Virus record (IMG/VR): IMGVR_UViG_3300036786_000016
Coordinates: 1-39,843 of that record
Direction: 5' to 3' (one strand)
DNA length: 39,843 bases
Source: a virus
Taxonomy: Duplodnaviria; Caudoviricetes
The notes below the pieces were generated by a model. That model searched no databases. It was not told the origin of the DNA and saw nothing but the letters and a program-made list of their open reading frames with translations. The number at the start of each line of letters is the position of its first letter. Position 1 is the stretch's first letter. This document shows, piece after piece, positions 14,725-23,040 of the stretch. The position numbers were made by a program, and so were the translations under genes.

Positions 14725-15069
14725 CTACGGCAGGCGGCGCGCGAGGAAAGTGAGCTCCGCATGCGCAGCGTCGATCAGCATCGACGTGCCGTAGATCGAC
14801 ACCGGGAACGGGCCGAACCCCCACACGGCCGCGGCCGGAACCGATTCGGGTACCGTCACCGTCTGACCCTCGACCACCGTCAGCGGATTGAACGTCACAT
14901 CGTGCGCCGTGCTGCCGGCGTTCGTGTTGTGGACGTCGACCACCGTGCGGCCGTCGTTCGCCAGCACCATACCGTCGGCGACGTTGCCGGCCGCGGCGGA
15001 CAGGCCCGACACCACCAGTTTCGACGCGCCGCGGCCGTACGTGCCGACCGGGATAGCTGTTGCCGTCAT
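14725..15069 (-). CDS. Small beta-rich protein (virion-accessory-like)
   Basis: NDGRTVVDVHN...GPFPVSIYG pattern; ATGA coupling with GAGG RBS. Confidence 0.65.
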   Translation of the reverse strand: MTATAIPVGTYGRGASKLVVSGLSAAAGNVADGMVLANDGRTVVDVHNTNAGSTAHDVTFNPLTVVEGQTVTVPESVPAAAVWGFGPFPVSIYGTSMLIDAAHAELTFLARRLP

Positions 15070-15395
15070 TGCTCCGACCTTTCCTCGCGTAGGTGCCGAC
15101 GGCCGCGCACCAGCGCATCGGTCAGCAGGGCATATTGTGCGCTCAGCATAGCGACCATGTAGCCGTACACCGACGCACGGACAATGTCACGAGCAGGGAA
15201 TCCGCGCCCGATGAACGTGGTCAGGATCGCCAGCGTGAACACCAGCAGCTGCGACGTGTTCATGAGCACCAGCCACCATGATTCGAGCGGGCGCCGGGCG
15301 AACCGGTACCGCACCGCCCATAGGTAGTGGCCGAGGAACAGCAACGCGAGCACGGCTCCGGCGATTTGCTCGCCGGCGACGATGGCGCCGGCCAT
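15066..15395 (-). CDS. Multi-pass membrane protein, holin candidate
   Basis: Three hydrophobic segments and a charged C-tail; located in the lysis cassette. Confidence 0.65.
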   Translation of the reverse strand: MAGAIVAGEQIAGAVLALLFLGHYLWAVRYRFARRPLESWWLVLMNTSQLLVFTLAILTTFIGRGFPARDIVRASVYGYMVAMLSAQYALLTDALVRGRRHLREERSEQ

Positions 15396-15613
15396 CAGGC
15401 ACCTCCCCGCATCGCCGCGCGCAGCCTGTCTGCGAGGTGGTTTTCATCGTTCACACGTACAAAATACCTGGCAAGACCCACCGACTGTGTACGCGCACTA
15501 TCGGCTGTGGATCTTTGGTCGGCTACCGCGGCCCGTAGGTCATGGAGCTCGGCCCGTTCGTCGTCGGAGATGACCGGCTCATCGATATGCAGCAGTCTCC
15601 GGAGAAACGTCAT
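15395..15613 (-). CDS. Lysis-cassette hypothetical protein
   Basis: Coupled on both sides; ENHLADRLRAAMRGG C-terminus typical of actinophage lysis-region small proteins. Confidence 0.65.
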   Translation of the reverse strand: MTFLRRLLHIDEPVISDDERAELHDLRAAVADQRSTADSARTQSVGLARYFVRVNDENHLADRLRAAMRGGA

Positions 15614-15888
15614 GGTCCGACACCCACCTTGGGCAACGCCTCGACGAGTCGCTGTGTGGTCTCGGCAGCGACCAGAACCTTGGCCAGTGAATCGGCCGTG
15701 ATCTTCCCCGTGTCTATTTGATCTTTGAGGATCGTGACCACCTCGGCGTTGTGGTCGCGCTGCTCACGTAGCCGGTCATCGTACGATCTGCGTTGCCATC
15801 TGACGATGCCGAGCACGAGAATGAAAACAATCAACCATGGTGCGCCGGTGGCCGCTATCTGCGGTGCCGCGCTACTCCACCAACCCAC
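15610..15888 (-). CDS. Single-TM plus coiled-coil protein, holin-associated
   Basis: GTG 15888 just after the endolysin stop; PWLIVFILVLGIV TM followed by a coiled coil. Confidence 0.65.
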   Translation of the reverse strand: MGWWSSAAPQIAATGAPWLIVFILVLGIVRWQRRSYDDRLREQRDHNAEVVTILKDQIDTGKITADSLAKVLVAAETTQRLVEALPKVGVGP

Positions 15889-15905
15889 CGGCGCCCCCGT
15901 TCGAT

Positions 15906-16922
15906 TTAAGCCTTGAGCCGGGCCGCTGCGTCGTCGTTCACGGCCTTGGCGATTGCCGCCAGCGTAGCGGCATCCATCGGCGCCGGTGGCACGGTGGTCG
16001 TCGGAATCTTGGCGACGGCGGCCTTGATAGCGTCGAGCTCCGTCTTGAGTGCGGCGTTGGAGTCGCGCAGGTTGTAGACCAGCTGCCAGACGTCGCCGAG
16101 CGCGAAATCGGCTTTCGTCGTCGGATTCGTGGCGTGGTCTGCGCGCTGTGTCGGATTCGCAATGGTGTCGGTGTCCCACACGGTTTGTCCGTCGGCGGTG
16201 GTGATTGCCATGTCCTGCCCCTCAGTGATGATCGCCAATAGTTGATCTTTGGTGCCGCGAAACGCGTTCGCGTCGCACGTCGTCAGTCCGGCGATGATGG
16301 CGCCGGAGCCGTACTGGAGCAGCGTTGGAGTCTGCCCGCTGTACGCCGCCCACCCGGCCGAGCCGTTGCCCGGGTAGATCGACTTGAATGCGCCCTTGGG
16401 ATTCGACCCGTAGTTGGCATTCCACAACCGGTGCCCGAGACCCGTGAGGGTGTCGCCGTACATGCCGTGACTGGCGTACGCGAGCACCGGCCTGCCGGTG
16501 GCCGCGACGACAGCGTCACACCAGGCCTTGACGTATGCCGCCGACGGTTTGCTGCCACCCTCGATCTCGGCGTCAGCCTGCCAGAACCAGCCTGGAAAAG
16601 TCCGCCACCAGGGCACGCCGGCGTCAGCGACGGCGACCATCTTGGCGACCTCAGCCGAGACACTGTCGCTTCCGTGCAGAAACCAGTAGCCGCCGAGGAT
16701 TTCGATGCCGGCCGCCCGCGCCGCGGCGAGCGCACCAGGCGCGGTCGGGTCGACGTTGCCGGTTCCCTCGCCAAGCTTGTGTGTGAAAAACTCGATGCCC
16801 TCCGCGGCGGCCTTGGTCATGATGGCGGCCGTGAGCGTGCCATCGTAATGCGATGCGTCCCACCCGTACGTGACGGCGGTGGAAACGTTCGGCGATGCTG
16901 TGCCGATGGCGAGCGGTGACAT
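15906..16922 (-). CDS. Endolysin, GH25 muramidase with C-terminal helical domain
   Basis: YGWDASHYD, FFTHKLGEG, GGYWFL, QADAE (DxE), LWNANY, LLQYGS, CDANAFRG. Confidence 0.9.
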   Translation of the reverse strand: MSPLAIGTASPNVSTAVTYGWDASHYDGTLTAAIMTKAAAEGIEFFTHKLGEGTGNVDPTAPGALAAARAAGIEILGGYWFLHGSDSVSAEVAKMVAVADAGVPWWRTFPGWFWQADAEIEGGSKPSAAYVKAWCDAVVAATGRPVLAYASHGMYGDTLTGLGHRLWNANYGSNPKGAFKSIYPGNGSAGWAAYSGQTPTLLQYGSGAIIAGLTTCDANAFRGTKDQLLAIITEGQDMAITTADGQTVWDTDTIANPTQRADHATNPTTKADFALGDVWQLVYNLRDSNAALKTELDAIKAAVAKIPTTTVPPAPMDAATLAAIAKAVNDDAAARLKA

Positions 16923-16931
16923 GATCCGAGG

Positions 16932-17138
16932 CTATCGCGCGTAGCAAGCGAGCCCGGCCGCCAGGCAACCGGATGCGACGCATAGCACTATGCCGACCGC
17001 GGGCGCGCCGAGAGTGGCCAGCGCGAGCCCGGCGACGCCGAGCGCCAACACGGTGAATCCGATGAGCTCGCGACGCGCCTTTTCCTTGCTCGCGGCGCGA
17101 CGTGCGGCGGCGTACGAGGGTCGGGTGATGGTCTGCAT
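16932..17138 (-). CDS. Small two-TM membrane protein (holin/antiholin/exclusion candidate)
   Basis: GAGAGGA RBS before ATG 17138; basic N-terminus and two hydrophobic segments; directly before the endolysin. Confidence 0.7.
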   Translation of the reverse strand: MQTITRPSYAAARRAASKEKARRELIGFTVLALGVAGLALATLGAPAVGIVLCVASGCLAAGLACYAR

Positions 17139-17170
17139 GATCGTGTCCTCTCGGGCGATTCGATCCGCCC

Positions 17171-17281
17171 ACGGTAGCACGGTGCACACTCAACATGCAC
17201 AAACGGCACTGAGACGGCCGCTGATGCAAGATCCGTTCGCACCTACCCAGCCATACCGGTAGGTGCACGTTCGCCATGCAC
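17171..17281 (-). promoter_or_regulatory. Two GTGCA-N9-TGCAC operators, extended -10 candidate and hairpin
   Basis: Operators at 17182-17200 and 17263-17281; TGCTACCGT at 17179-17171; hairpin GCACCTACC/GGTAGGTGC at 17239-17266. Confidence 0.55.
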
Positions 17282-17356
17282 CGTGGACTTATACATACTG
17301 TCAAGTAACATAGCCATGTTTTGCCAGCCCACCACGAAACCGACTACAGACGGTGA

Positions 17357-18265
17357 CTAAATCTGTCCGGCCACGTCCGAGTACATCGCCACCGGCGACA
17401 CGCCACCATCGGCGCCGAACACATACCGCCCCGACGTCACAGCCGGCGTCGGCGACGGCAGCACGAGACCCATGCGGTAAAGCCGGCCGCCCTTGCCGCC
17501 AGCATGAGCTGGCAAGGAAAGGCCGAGCCGGTACAACTTCCCGCGCTTCGGCGGCGCAGCCTGAGGCAGCACCAGCGCCGAACGGTAGAGCCGGCCGCCC
17601 GGCGTGCCGGAGCCTGCCGGGCGCAGAGCAACCGCCTGCCACGTGAATTGATCCGTCGAGCTGCTGACCGTGATTGTGCGCGACTGCGCGCCGGTGCTGA
17701 GGTCGCGGCCCGAATCCCACACACCCGCTGTGTAGTCGAAGCCGGACACGGCGAGCGAGGAATGCGCGTACTCGCTCACATCGGAGCCGTCCGAATTGGC
17801 GAGAGTCTTGCTACCGAACGCATGCCGCGACATCGTCATATGCCACAGCCACGCATCCGAGGTGACGGTGGTCAGACCCAGCGTCGCACTGGCCGCGGCC
17901 GGCGTCACGCCGCCGCTAGCCTCAGCGTCGATCTCCGTTGTCGTGTCCACACCCGAAAACGCCTGCGCGACGATAAACCCACGGAAACCGGCGCCGAGCG
18001 CAACCGAGAACGTCGACGCTGCCACCTCGGTAGACGTGGCCTTGATCTTCCACACGGCCGAGCGCATCGTGGTGGTGGTGGTGTCCGTGCTGCCCACCTG
18101 CGAGAAGCCCGACGGTGGCGTAAACGTCGCCGTCGTGCCGAGGTAGCACACACCGATGAGTAGGCAATCGTCGACGGCCAGCCCGGTCGGTTTGCTGGTG
18201 GTGTATGTGCTGGTCGCGGTATCGAACGCCGCGCCCGTAGCGGTACGAGCACCGATGCCGGTCAT
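17357..18265 (-). CDS. Minor tail / receptor-binding-type beta-sandwich protein
   Basis: T/S/G-rich; KPTGLAVDDCLLIG...TPPSGF pattern; C-terminal RLYR repeats. Confidence 0.65.
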   Translation of the reverse strand: MTGIGARTATGAAFDTATSTYTTSKPTGLAVDDCLLIGVCYLGTTATFTPPSGFSQVGSTDTTTTTMRSAVWKIKATSTEVAASTFSVALGAGFRGFIVAQAFSGVDTTTEIDAEASGGVTPAAASATLGLTTVTSDAWLWHMTMSRHAFGSKTLANSDGSDVSEYAHSSLAVSGFDYTAGVWDSGRDLSTGAQSRTITVSSSTDQFTWQAVALRPAGSGTPGGRLYRSALVLPQAAPPKRGKLYRLGLSLPAHAGGKGGRLYRMGLVLPSPTPAVTSGRYVFGADGGVSPVAMYSDVAGQI

Positions 18266-18268
18266 GGA

Positions 18269-19336
18269 TTAGCTCGCAGCCGTCAGGATCGCCTCAACGC
18301 GAAGATTGTCATATGTCGTCACCGCGGAAAGGTCGGACGTCGTAATGGTGTGCGTGATGTCTGTCGGATCCGCGGTGACGGTCTCCGTCCACGTCGAGCG
18401 CAGCGTAGTCCCCTCGTAAACGTTGATCGTCCACGTCGTCGACGTCGTGCCGGGGTCGAGCCCGAGCGTGTATTTGGCCTGCCATCCGACTTTGGTGCCG
18501 GGGTCGGCGCCGGTCGAGTGCTTCGCGTTGTAGTCGCCTGTGACGATGAACTCGACGTAATCCGTCAGGTCAACGGTGCCCGTTTCGTCGATATTCGTGT
18601 AGAGCGTGGAATTGTCCGACACACCCGTGACGTTCGTCTTGGTAATGTCCGCGATCGGGTGCAGCCACTGCGTCGTCGAGACCGGCGACAGCGCGACCAC
18701 CATCACCGCCGTGCTGCCGGGCGTGCCGTTGACAGTCCACGTTCCGCCCGCCACGGTGCCGGCCGATCCGCCCGCGATCTCGGCGACAGCGATATCGCAC
18801 TTGCCCGTGCCGGTGGCGAATATCGCCTGCTGACGTGTGGTGTAGCCCGACGGTGGCGTGTAGACGCCGGCCGACGCGATGCTGTTCTTGTTACCGATGA
18901 TCGACAGCACGACGGTGCCGTCAACGGTGGTGGTGGCGTTCGGCCCGGCGAACGTCGTTGGCGAGCCGGTTGAACTGTAGGTGGTCGGCGTCGGCGCCGC
19001 GTTGATCGTGTTCGCGAGATCGTTGTCTCGGTAGATCAGCGCCACCACGCCGATCTTGCATGAGACCGCCGGGGTGATCGCCACGGCCACGCCGACATCC
19101 GACGATGGCGAGCCCACCGTGCCGGCCGCCTCCTTGGCGTACCACGCGACGTGCTCGGTGCTCGACGGTGATGCGTCGACGCGCATCGTCCAACCGACCG
19201 GCAGCGACTCGCTGACAGCGCCGACGGATACGGCGATATAGATCATGTCGCCGCCGAGGATGCCCGACGGCAGCGTGATCGTGCCGGGCCCGGACGCCGT
19301 CGTATTGGCGGCGCCGGTCACATATGCGAGCGTCAC
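18269..19336 (-). CDS. Minor tail / receptor-binding-type protein
   Basis: LPSGILGGDMIYIAV...PVGWT and TPPSGYT patterns, paralogous to the downstream gene. Confidence 0.65.
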   Translation of the reverse strand: MTLAYVTGAANTTASGPGTITLPSGILGGDMIYIAVSVGAVSESLPVGWTMRVDASPSSTEHVAWYAKEAAGTVGSPSSDVGVAVAITPAVSCKIGVVALIYRDNDLANTINAAPTPTTYSSTGSPTTFAGPNATTTVDGTVVLSIIGNKNSIASAGVYTPPSGYTTRQQAIFATGTGKCDIAVAEIAGGSAGTVAGGTWTVNGTPGSTAVMVVALSPVSTTQWLHPIADITKTNVTGVSDNSTLYTNIDETGTVDLTDYVEFIVTGDYNAKHSTGADPGTKVGWQAKYTLGLDPGTTSTTWTINVYEGTTLRSTWTETVTADPTDITHTITTSDLSAVTTYDNLRVEAILTAAS

Positions 19337-19345
19337 GAGGGCCCC

Positions 19346-20335
19346 CTACAGGACGAACGTTGAGTAGGTTTTTGCATATTTGGTACAGAATGTCTTGCTA
19401 GCCGCGATCAAATTAGAGTCGGCACCGGGCGTCGCCACCACGCCGCCCACCGTTGAGTTGAACTGTGAGAAGTACGCAGCCGATGTGTGCGGCCCGGCGC
19501 CGGTGGCCGCGGCGTAATCCGCCATCGTCGTCATCCACGTAGCCGCATGCGGCATGTTCGTGACGGCTTCCGAGTTGCCGGCGCCGATCTCGGCGAGCCC
19601 CCATCCGGCGCCGTGGCCAGCCGCGAACGCGACCGCGCTACCCAGCTTCGTCGCACCCGACTGACTGAAATCAGCGTCCTTCGATTCGTACATGTCCCAT
19701 CCAACGACATCGATCTCACGATCGGCACCGTCGGCGCCGAACCAGAATTGCGACGGCAGGCCGTTGGTGACGCCCGACGTCAGCGAAAAACCGGAAAGGA
19801 TCATGTTGGTATAAACGTGAGGCTTTTTCACGGACTTGATAAGCGCGTAGCCGTGCCGCTTCGCCGCGTTGACCTGCGCGAGCGTCATCACCGTGAACGG
19901 GTACGTTCCCTGCCTGAGCTTCACATCGAGCTCATGCTGTATCTCGATGAACACGACGTGAGAGTCCGGAACCGACGTCACGAACGCCACGATCGCCACG
20001 TCCAACGCACCCGACGCCAATTGTTGCATATCAGGCTTAAACGAATAGACGCTCGCGCGCTTGCCGATGTCGTCGGCGGCCGGCGACAGCGAAAACGTCG
20101 ACGGACACATGCCAGAGCTGTACGTGCGTGAGCAGCTGAACGGCCCGGCGAGCGGCTCCAAAGCGTTAATCTCCGCTGCGGAGTGCGCGGACACACCGAA
20201 CAGACATCCGGCGCCACCCGGCGGTGGTGGCGGTGGTGGCGGCGTACCGCCCGACGGTGGGATCAGCGGGTCGCCGGGCTTGCCGATCGGCGACCACCGG
20301 CCGCCGATCATCACATACCGTGTGCGGCGCGGCAT
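19346..20335 (-). CDS. GH26-like (clan GH-A) glycoside hydrolase, probably virion-associated
   Basis: SVYSFKP, ASGALD, IQHELD (acid/base), IDVVGWDMY, WGLAEIG (nucleophile); poly-Pro linker after a short N-terminal peptide. Confidence 0.7.
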   Translation of the reverse strand: MPRRTRYVMIGGRWSPIGKPGDPLIPPSGGTPPPPPPPPGGAGCLFGVSAHSAAEINALEPLAGPFSCSRTYSSGMCPSTFSLSPAADDIGKRASVYSFKPDMQQLASGALDVAIVAFVTSVPDSHVVFIEIQHELDVKLRQGTYPFTVMTLAQVNAAKRHGYALIKSVKKPHVYTNMILSGFSLTSGVTNGLPSQFWFGADGADREIDVVGWDMYESKDADFSQSGATKLGSAVAFAAGHGAGWGLAEIGAGNSEAVTNMPHAATWMTTMADYAAATGAGPHTSAAYFSQFNSTVGGVVATPGADSNLIAASKTFCTKYAKTYSTFVL

Positions 20336-20880
20336 TACGGTGCCGTGTCGTCGTAGAGGTCACCCGGCGCCGCATACGCCGGCGTACCGCCCGCCGGTGG
20401 TGTGTTCGGTCCAATCCAGTCGACGACGTTCGTGCCGGCGATGTCCGGCCGCGGATTCCATGTGCCATCTGGGTTGGCTGGCCACGCCAGTACGGCCAGC
20501 GCCGCGAGTGCGGCGAGGTTGGAGAGTAGGCCGCCTGAGTCGGCAAGCTGCTGAGTCAGTGAGTCGATCTGATCGCCGGCGTTGTTGCACACGATGGAAA
20601 TGCGGGGGCCGCCGGCCGCCGACGCCCACATGCGCGAAATCCCGTCGGGCCCGTAGAACAGCGGGATAGTGCCGATGGTGAGCCCGTCAGTCCCGTCGGA
20701 CGATTGGATGCTGTCCGTCGCCGTGGCGCCGTCGCCGAGCAGTAGATCTGTGATCTGTTCCCCGCCGGTCTGGAGTGTCCAGAACGTAATATTCGCGGAC
20801 GCGAGCACGGGTGTGACGCCGTCGTCAGCGATGTCGAACGTCCAGCCGTCGAGCGTCAGGCCGTAGCTATTCCGTGCCAT
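20335..20880 (-). CDS. Minor tail protein (fibre adaptor-like)
   Basis: FWTLQTGGEQITDLL...IPLFYGPDG...MWASAAGGPR motif typical of actinophage fibre N-terminal domains; ATG 20880 with GGTGGGGG RBS. Confidence 0.7.
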   Translation of the reverse strand: MARNSYGLTLDGWTFDIADDGVTPVLASANITFWTLQTGGEQITDLLLGDGATATDSIQSSDGTDGLTIGTIPLFYGPDGISRMWASAAGGPRISIVCNNAGDQIDSLTQQLADSGGLLSNLAALAALAVLAWPANPDGTWNPRPDIAGTNVVDWIGPNTPPAGGTPAYAAPGDLYDDTAP

Positions 20881-20896
20881 GCCCCCACCTTCCGCA

Positions 20897-21859
20897 TCAG
20901 AGGAACCACACGACGTCAGAGCACGACACGACATCGTCGGCACCGATCGACGTCTGCGAATACGCCTGCAGGTTCACAGTGCCGTCATTCCCGACGTTGC
21001 ACAGCACATCGAAATCGCCGTTGAGATATGACATGAATCGGACGATATGATCCTTCGGCGCCAACGCTGGCGGCATCTTCGCGATGACAGCCGCTGTCGA
21101 CGGCGCCAGCGTTCCGGACGTCCGCGTCACCTGCAGGTGCATCCGCACCATCCGGCCAACCTGCTGCACGTACGACCCGTCCGTGATGTCGAACTTGGTC
21201 ACGGACGTGAGCGGAATGTACCCGGATTCGCTATTCAGCGCGTCGTACGCAGTGCCATTGCCAACGGCGTACAAACCTGACTCATACTCGTAGATCGTTT
21301 GACCCTTGACCGCTGGCGGCCTGCCCGCGCCCGTTGAGGTGATGTAGCCGGGCCGCGCAATCCAGTAGCCGAGCTTCTTCGTCAACGCGCTCGCGGCGAT
21401 CGAGCTGGCACCGTTCGGAATCTTGAAAACACCGAGGGGATATTCCCACACCCCCGAGTCGTTCGACGTATCCGTCTGCGTCGCTGCCGGACCCGCCGTC
21501 GATGATCCACCGGTCACGATGGCGGCGCGCACCGCGTTGTCGATTGAACGGTCGAGACGCCACACGGCAAGGTCGTACCGGTCGGCACCAGTCGAGTTGG
21601 CGGCGCACGAAATCGTCGTGTCCGTCGTGCCCTCAAGGTAGATACAGCCGCGGACGAGCCCGCTGGAGCCGGCACGGAAGTGCGCCGCCCGCGTGCCGGT
21701 TCCGTCGGAGTAGACCGGGTACGGGTCGGTGGGCAGGCCGAGGATGCCGGTGGGATAGAACGCCTGAACCAGCGCCTCACCCTCGATGTCCGTGATGACG
21801 CCGACACCGGAGCCACCGTCACGGCTTCCCGAGGGGTAGCTGTCTTGCGCCATGGTCAC
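20897..21859 (-). CDS. Minor tail protein (baseplate/fibre base)
   Basis: ANSTGADRYDLAVWRLD...WEYPLG motif; follows the hub protein. Confidence 0.75.
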   Translation of the reverse strand: MTMAQDSYPSGSRDGGSGVGVITDIEGEALVQAFYPTGILGLPTDPYPVYSDGTGTRAAHFRAGSSGLVRGCIYLEGTTDTTISCAANSTGADRYDLAVWRLDRSIDNAVRAAIVTGGSSTAGPAATQTDTSNDSGVWEYPLGVFKIPNGASSIAASALTKKLGYWIARPGYITSTGAGRPPAVKGQTIYEYESGLYAVGNGTAYDALNSESGYIPLTSVTKFDITDGSYVQQVGRMVRMHLQVTRTSGTLAPSTAAVIAKMPPALAPKDHIVRFMSYLNGDFDVLCNVGNDGTVNLQAYSQTSIGADDVVSCSDVVWFL

Positions 21860-23040
21860 GTCCTTTCGAGTGCGCCGAGGCGACGCCGGGTCGCCTGATT
21901 TTCCTTGATCTGCGCCGTGTCGGAGCTCGCCGAGCCCGTGCCTATCGTAGGCTGCACGGTTTCCACGCCATCCGGTCCCACGGTGATCGTGACCGAGGTG
22001 ACGACGTCTTTGCCTGTGCGGCCCGGTGCGTATTCATATCCAACGATGTCTCCGACGTTATAGTCAACGCCGAGCACCGTACCGGGCGAATCCGTTGCGG
22101 CCGTCGTGAGCTGTGTTTGTTCGCCGTCCGTGGTGAGTTGATCGTTGCCCGCCTGCGTCAACGTGGCCGTGTCGGTGGCCGAGTTGGAGACGAACACCTC
22201 GGCCCGCCCCCATTTGGTGACCGCGGCCGAGTTGGCGACCTCGACAATGGTCCGGCTCGTACCCGTGCCGTCGCCACCCACGATCGCCACCGTGCTGGCA
22301 GGCGCCGTTTCGACCAGCTTGAGCGACTGGAGATTGCCGAGCGAGCGCGAGTAGACGATGGTGGCCGACCGGTCCACCGGCACATACACCTGAAATTCAA
22401 GTGACGGACCTGAAACCTGCCGGGTGCGGTAGCCGAGTCCGCCACCGGCGGCGCAGACGGTGCGCAGGATATCGCCGAGCCGATCGAACCGGGTCCAGTA
22501 GGTGACGTTCGAACCGGCGCCGGCATCGGTCTCGATGGTGAGGTTGGCGACCTTCCGTGCCGTGAGCGCGGAAGGTCCGACGTTGCGGTCAACGAGGTCC
22601 TTGGCGACAGTCTCGGCCGGCAAGCCCGGCGTCGTCAGGATGTCGGCGACGACAGACGATTGGTGCTCAGAGTCGTGCGTCGTGCTCGGGTAGGTGATGC
22701 GCCGAGCGATATCGAGCCCGTCGTCAGCAAACTGCATGACCATTTGCCCGGGGTCGGCGTCGTCGCCGGAGCCTGCCGACCAACTGATGTCGCCGGGCCG
22801 CTCGATCGGTCCGGACGCGAAATATTCCCATGCAAACCCGAGCGCGGGGGCCACGTTGCGCAGGATGACGATGCGGTTCGGCGGAACGGCGAGAGTGAGT
22901 AGCTCAGGCGTGAGGTTCGCAGTGACCGAGTAGGTATCAATATCGTTGAATCTAATGATGAGCGTGAGGCCTGACCAGCGCACGAACTGGCCGATCGGCT
23001 GGAGCGTGCCGTCCGTGAAATACAGCTGGTAGGTACTCAT
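21856..23040 (-). CDS. Minor tail protein (Gp37-like baseplate hub)
   Basis: IRFNDID, RFDRLGDIL, AIVGGDGTGTSR, WGRAEVF, GVDYNVGDIV; second gene after TMP. Confidence 0.8.
   Translation of the reverse strand: MSTYQLYFTDGTLQPIGQFVRWSGLTLIIRFNDIDTYSVTANLTPELLTLAVPPNRIVILRNVAPALGFAWEYFASGPIERPGDISWSAGSGDDADPGQMVMQFADDGLDIARRITYPSTTHDSEHQSSVVADILTTPGLPAETVAKDLVDRNVGPSALTARKVANLTIETDAGAGSNVTYWTRFDRLGDILRTVCAAGGGLGYRTRQVSGPSLEFQVYVPVDRSATIVYSRSLGNLQSLKLVETAPASTVAIVGGDGTGTSRTIVEVANSAAVTKWGRAEVFVSNSATDTATLTQAGNDQLTTDGEQTQLTTAATDSPGTVLGVDYNVGDIVGYEYAPGRTGKDVVTSVTITVGPDGVETVQPTIGTGSASSDTAQIKENQATRRRLGALERT

Noticed and set aside
17284-17311. Possible plus-strand (antisense) promoter TGGACT-16-TAACAT, and a minus-strand TTGACA
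   Set aside because: No plus-strand gene follows and TTGACA lacks a properly spaced -10; unsupported without TSS data.
17357-21859. Diversity-generating retroelement or invertible tail-fibre cassette
   Set aside because: No reverse transcriptase, invertase or near-identical TR/VR pair seen.
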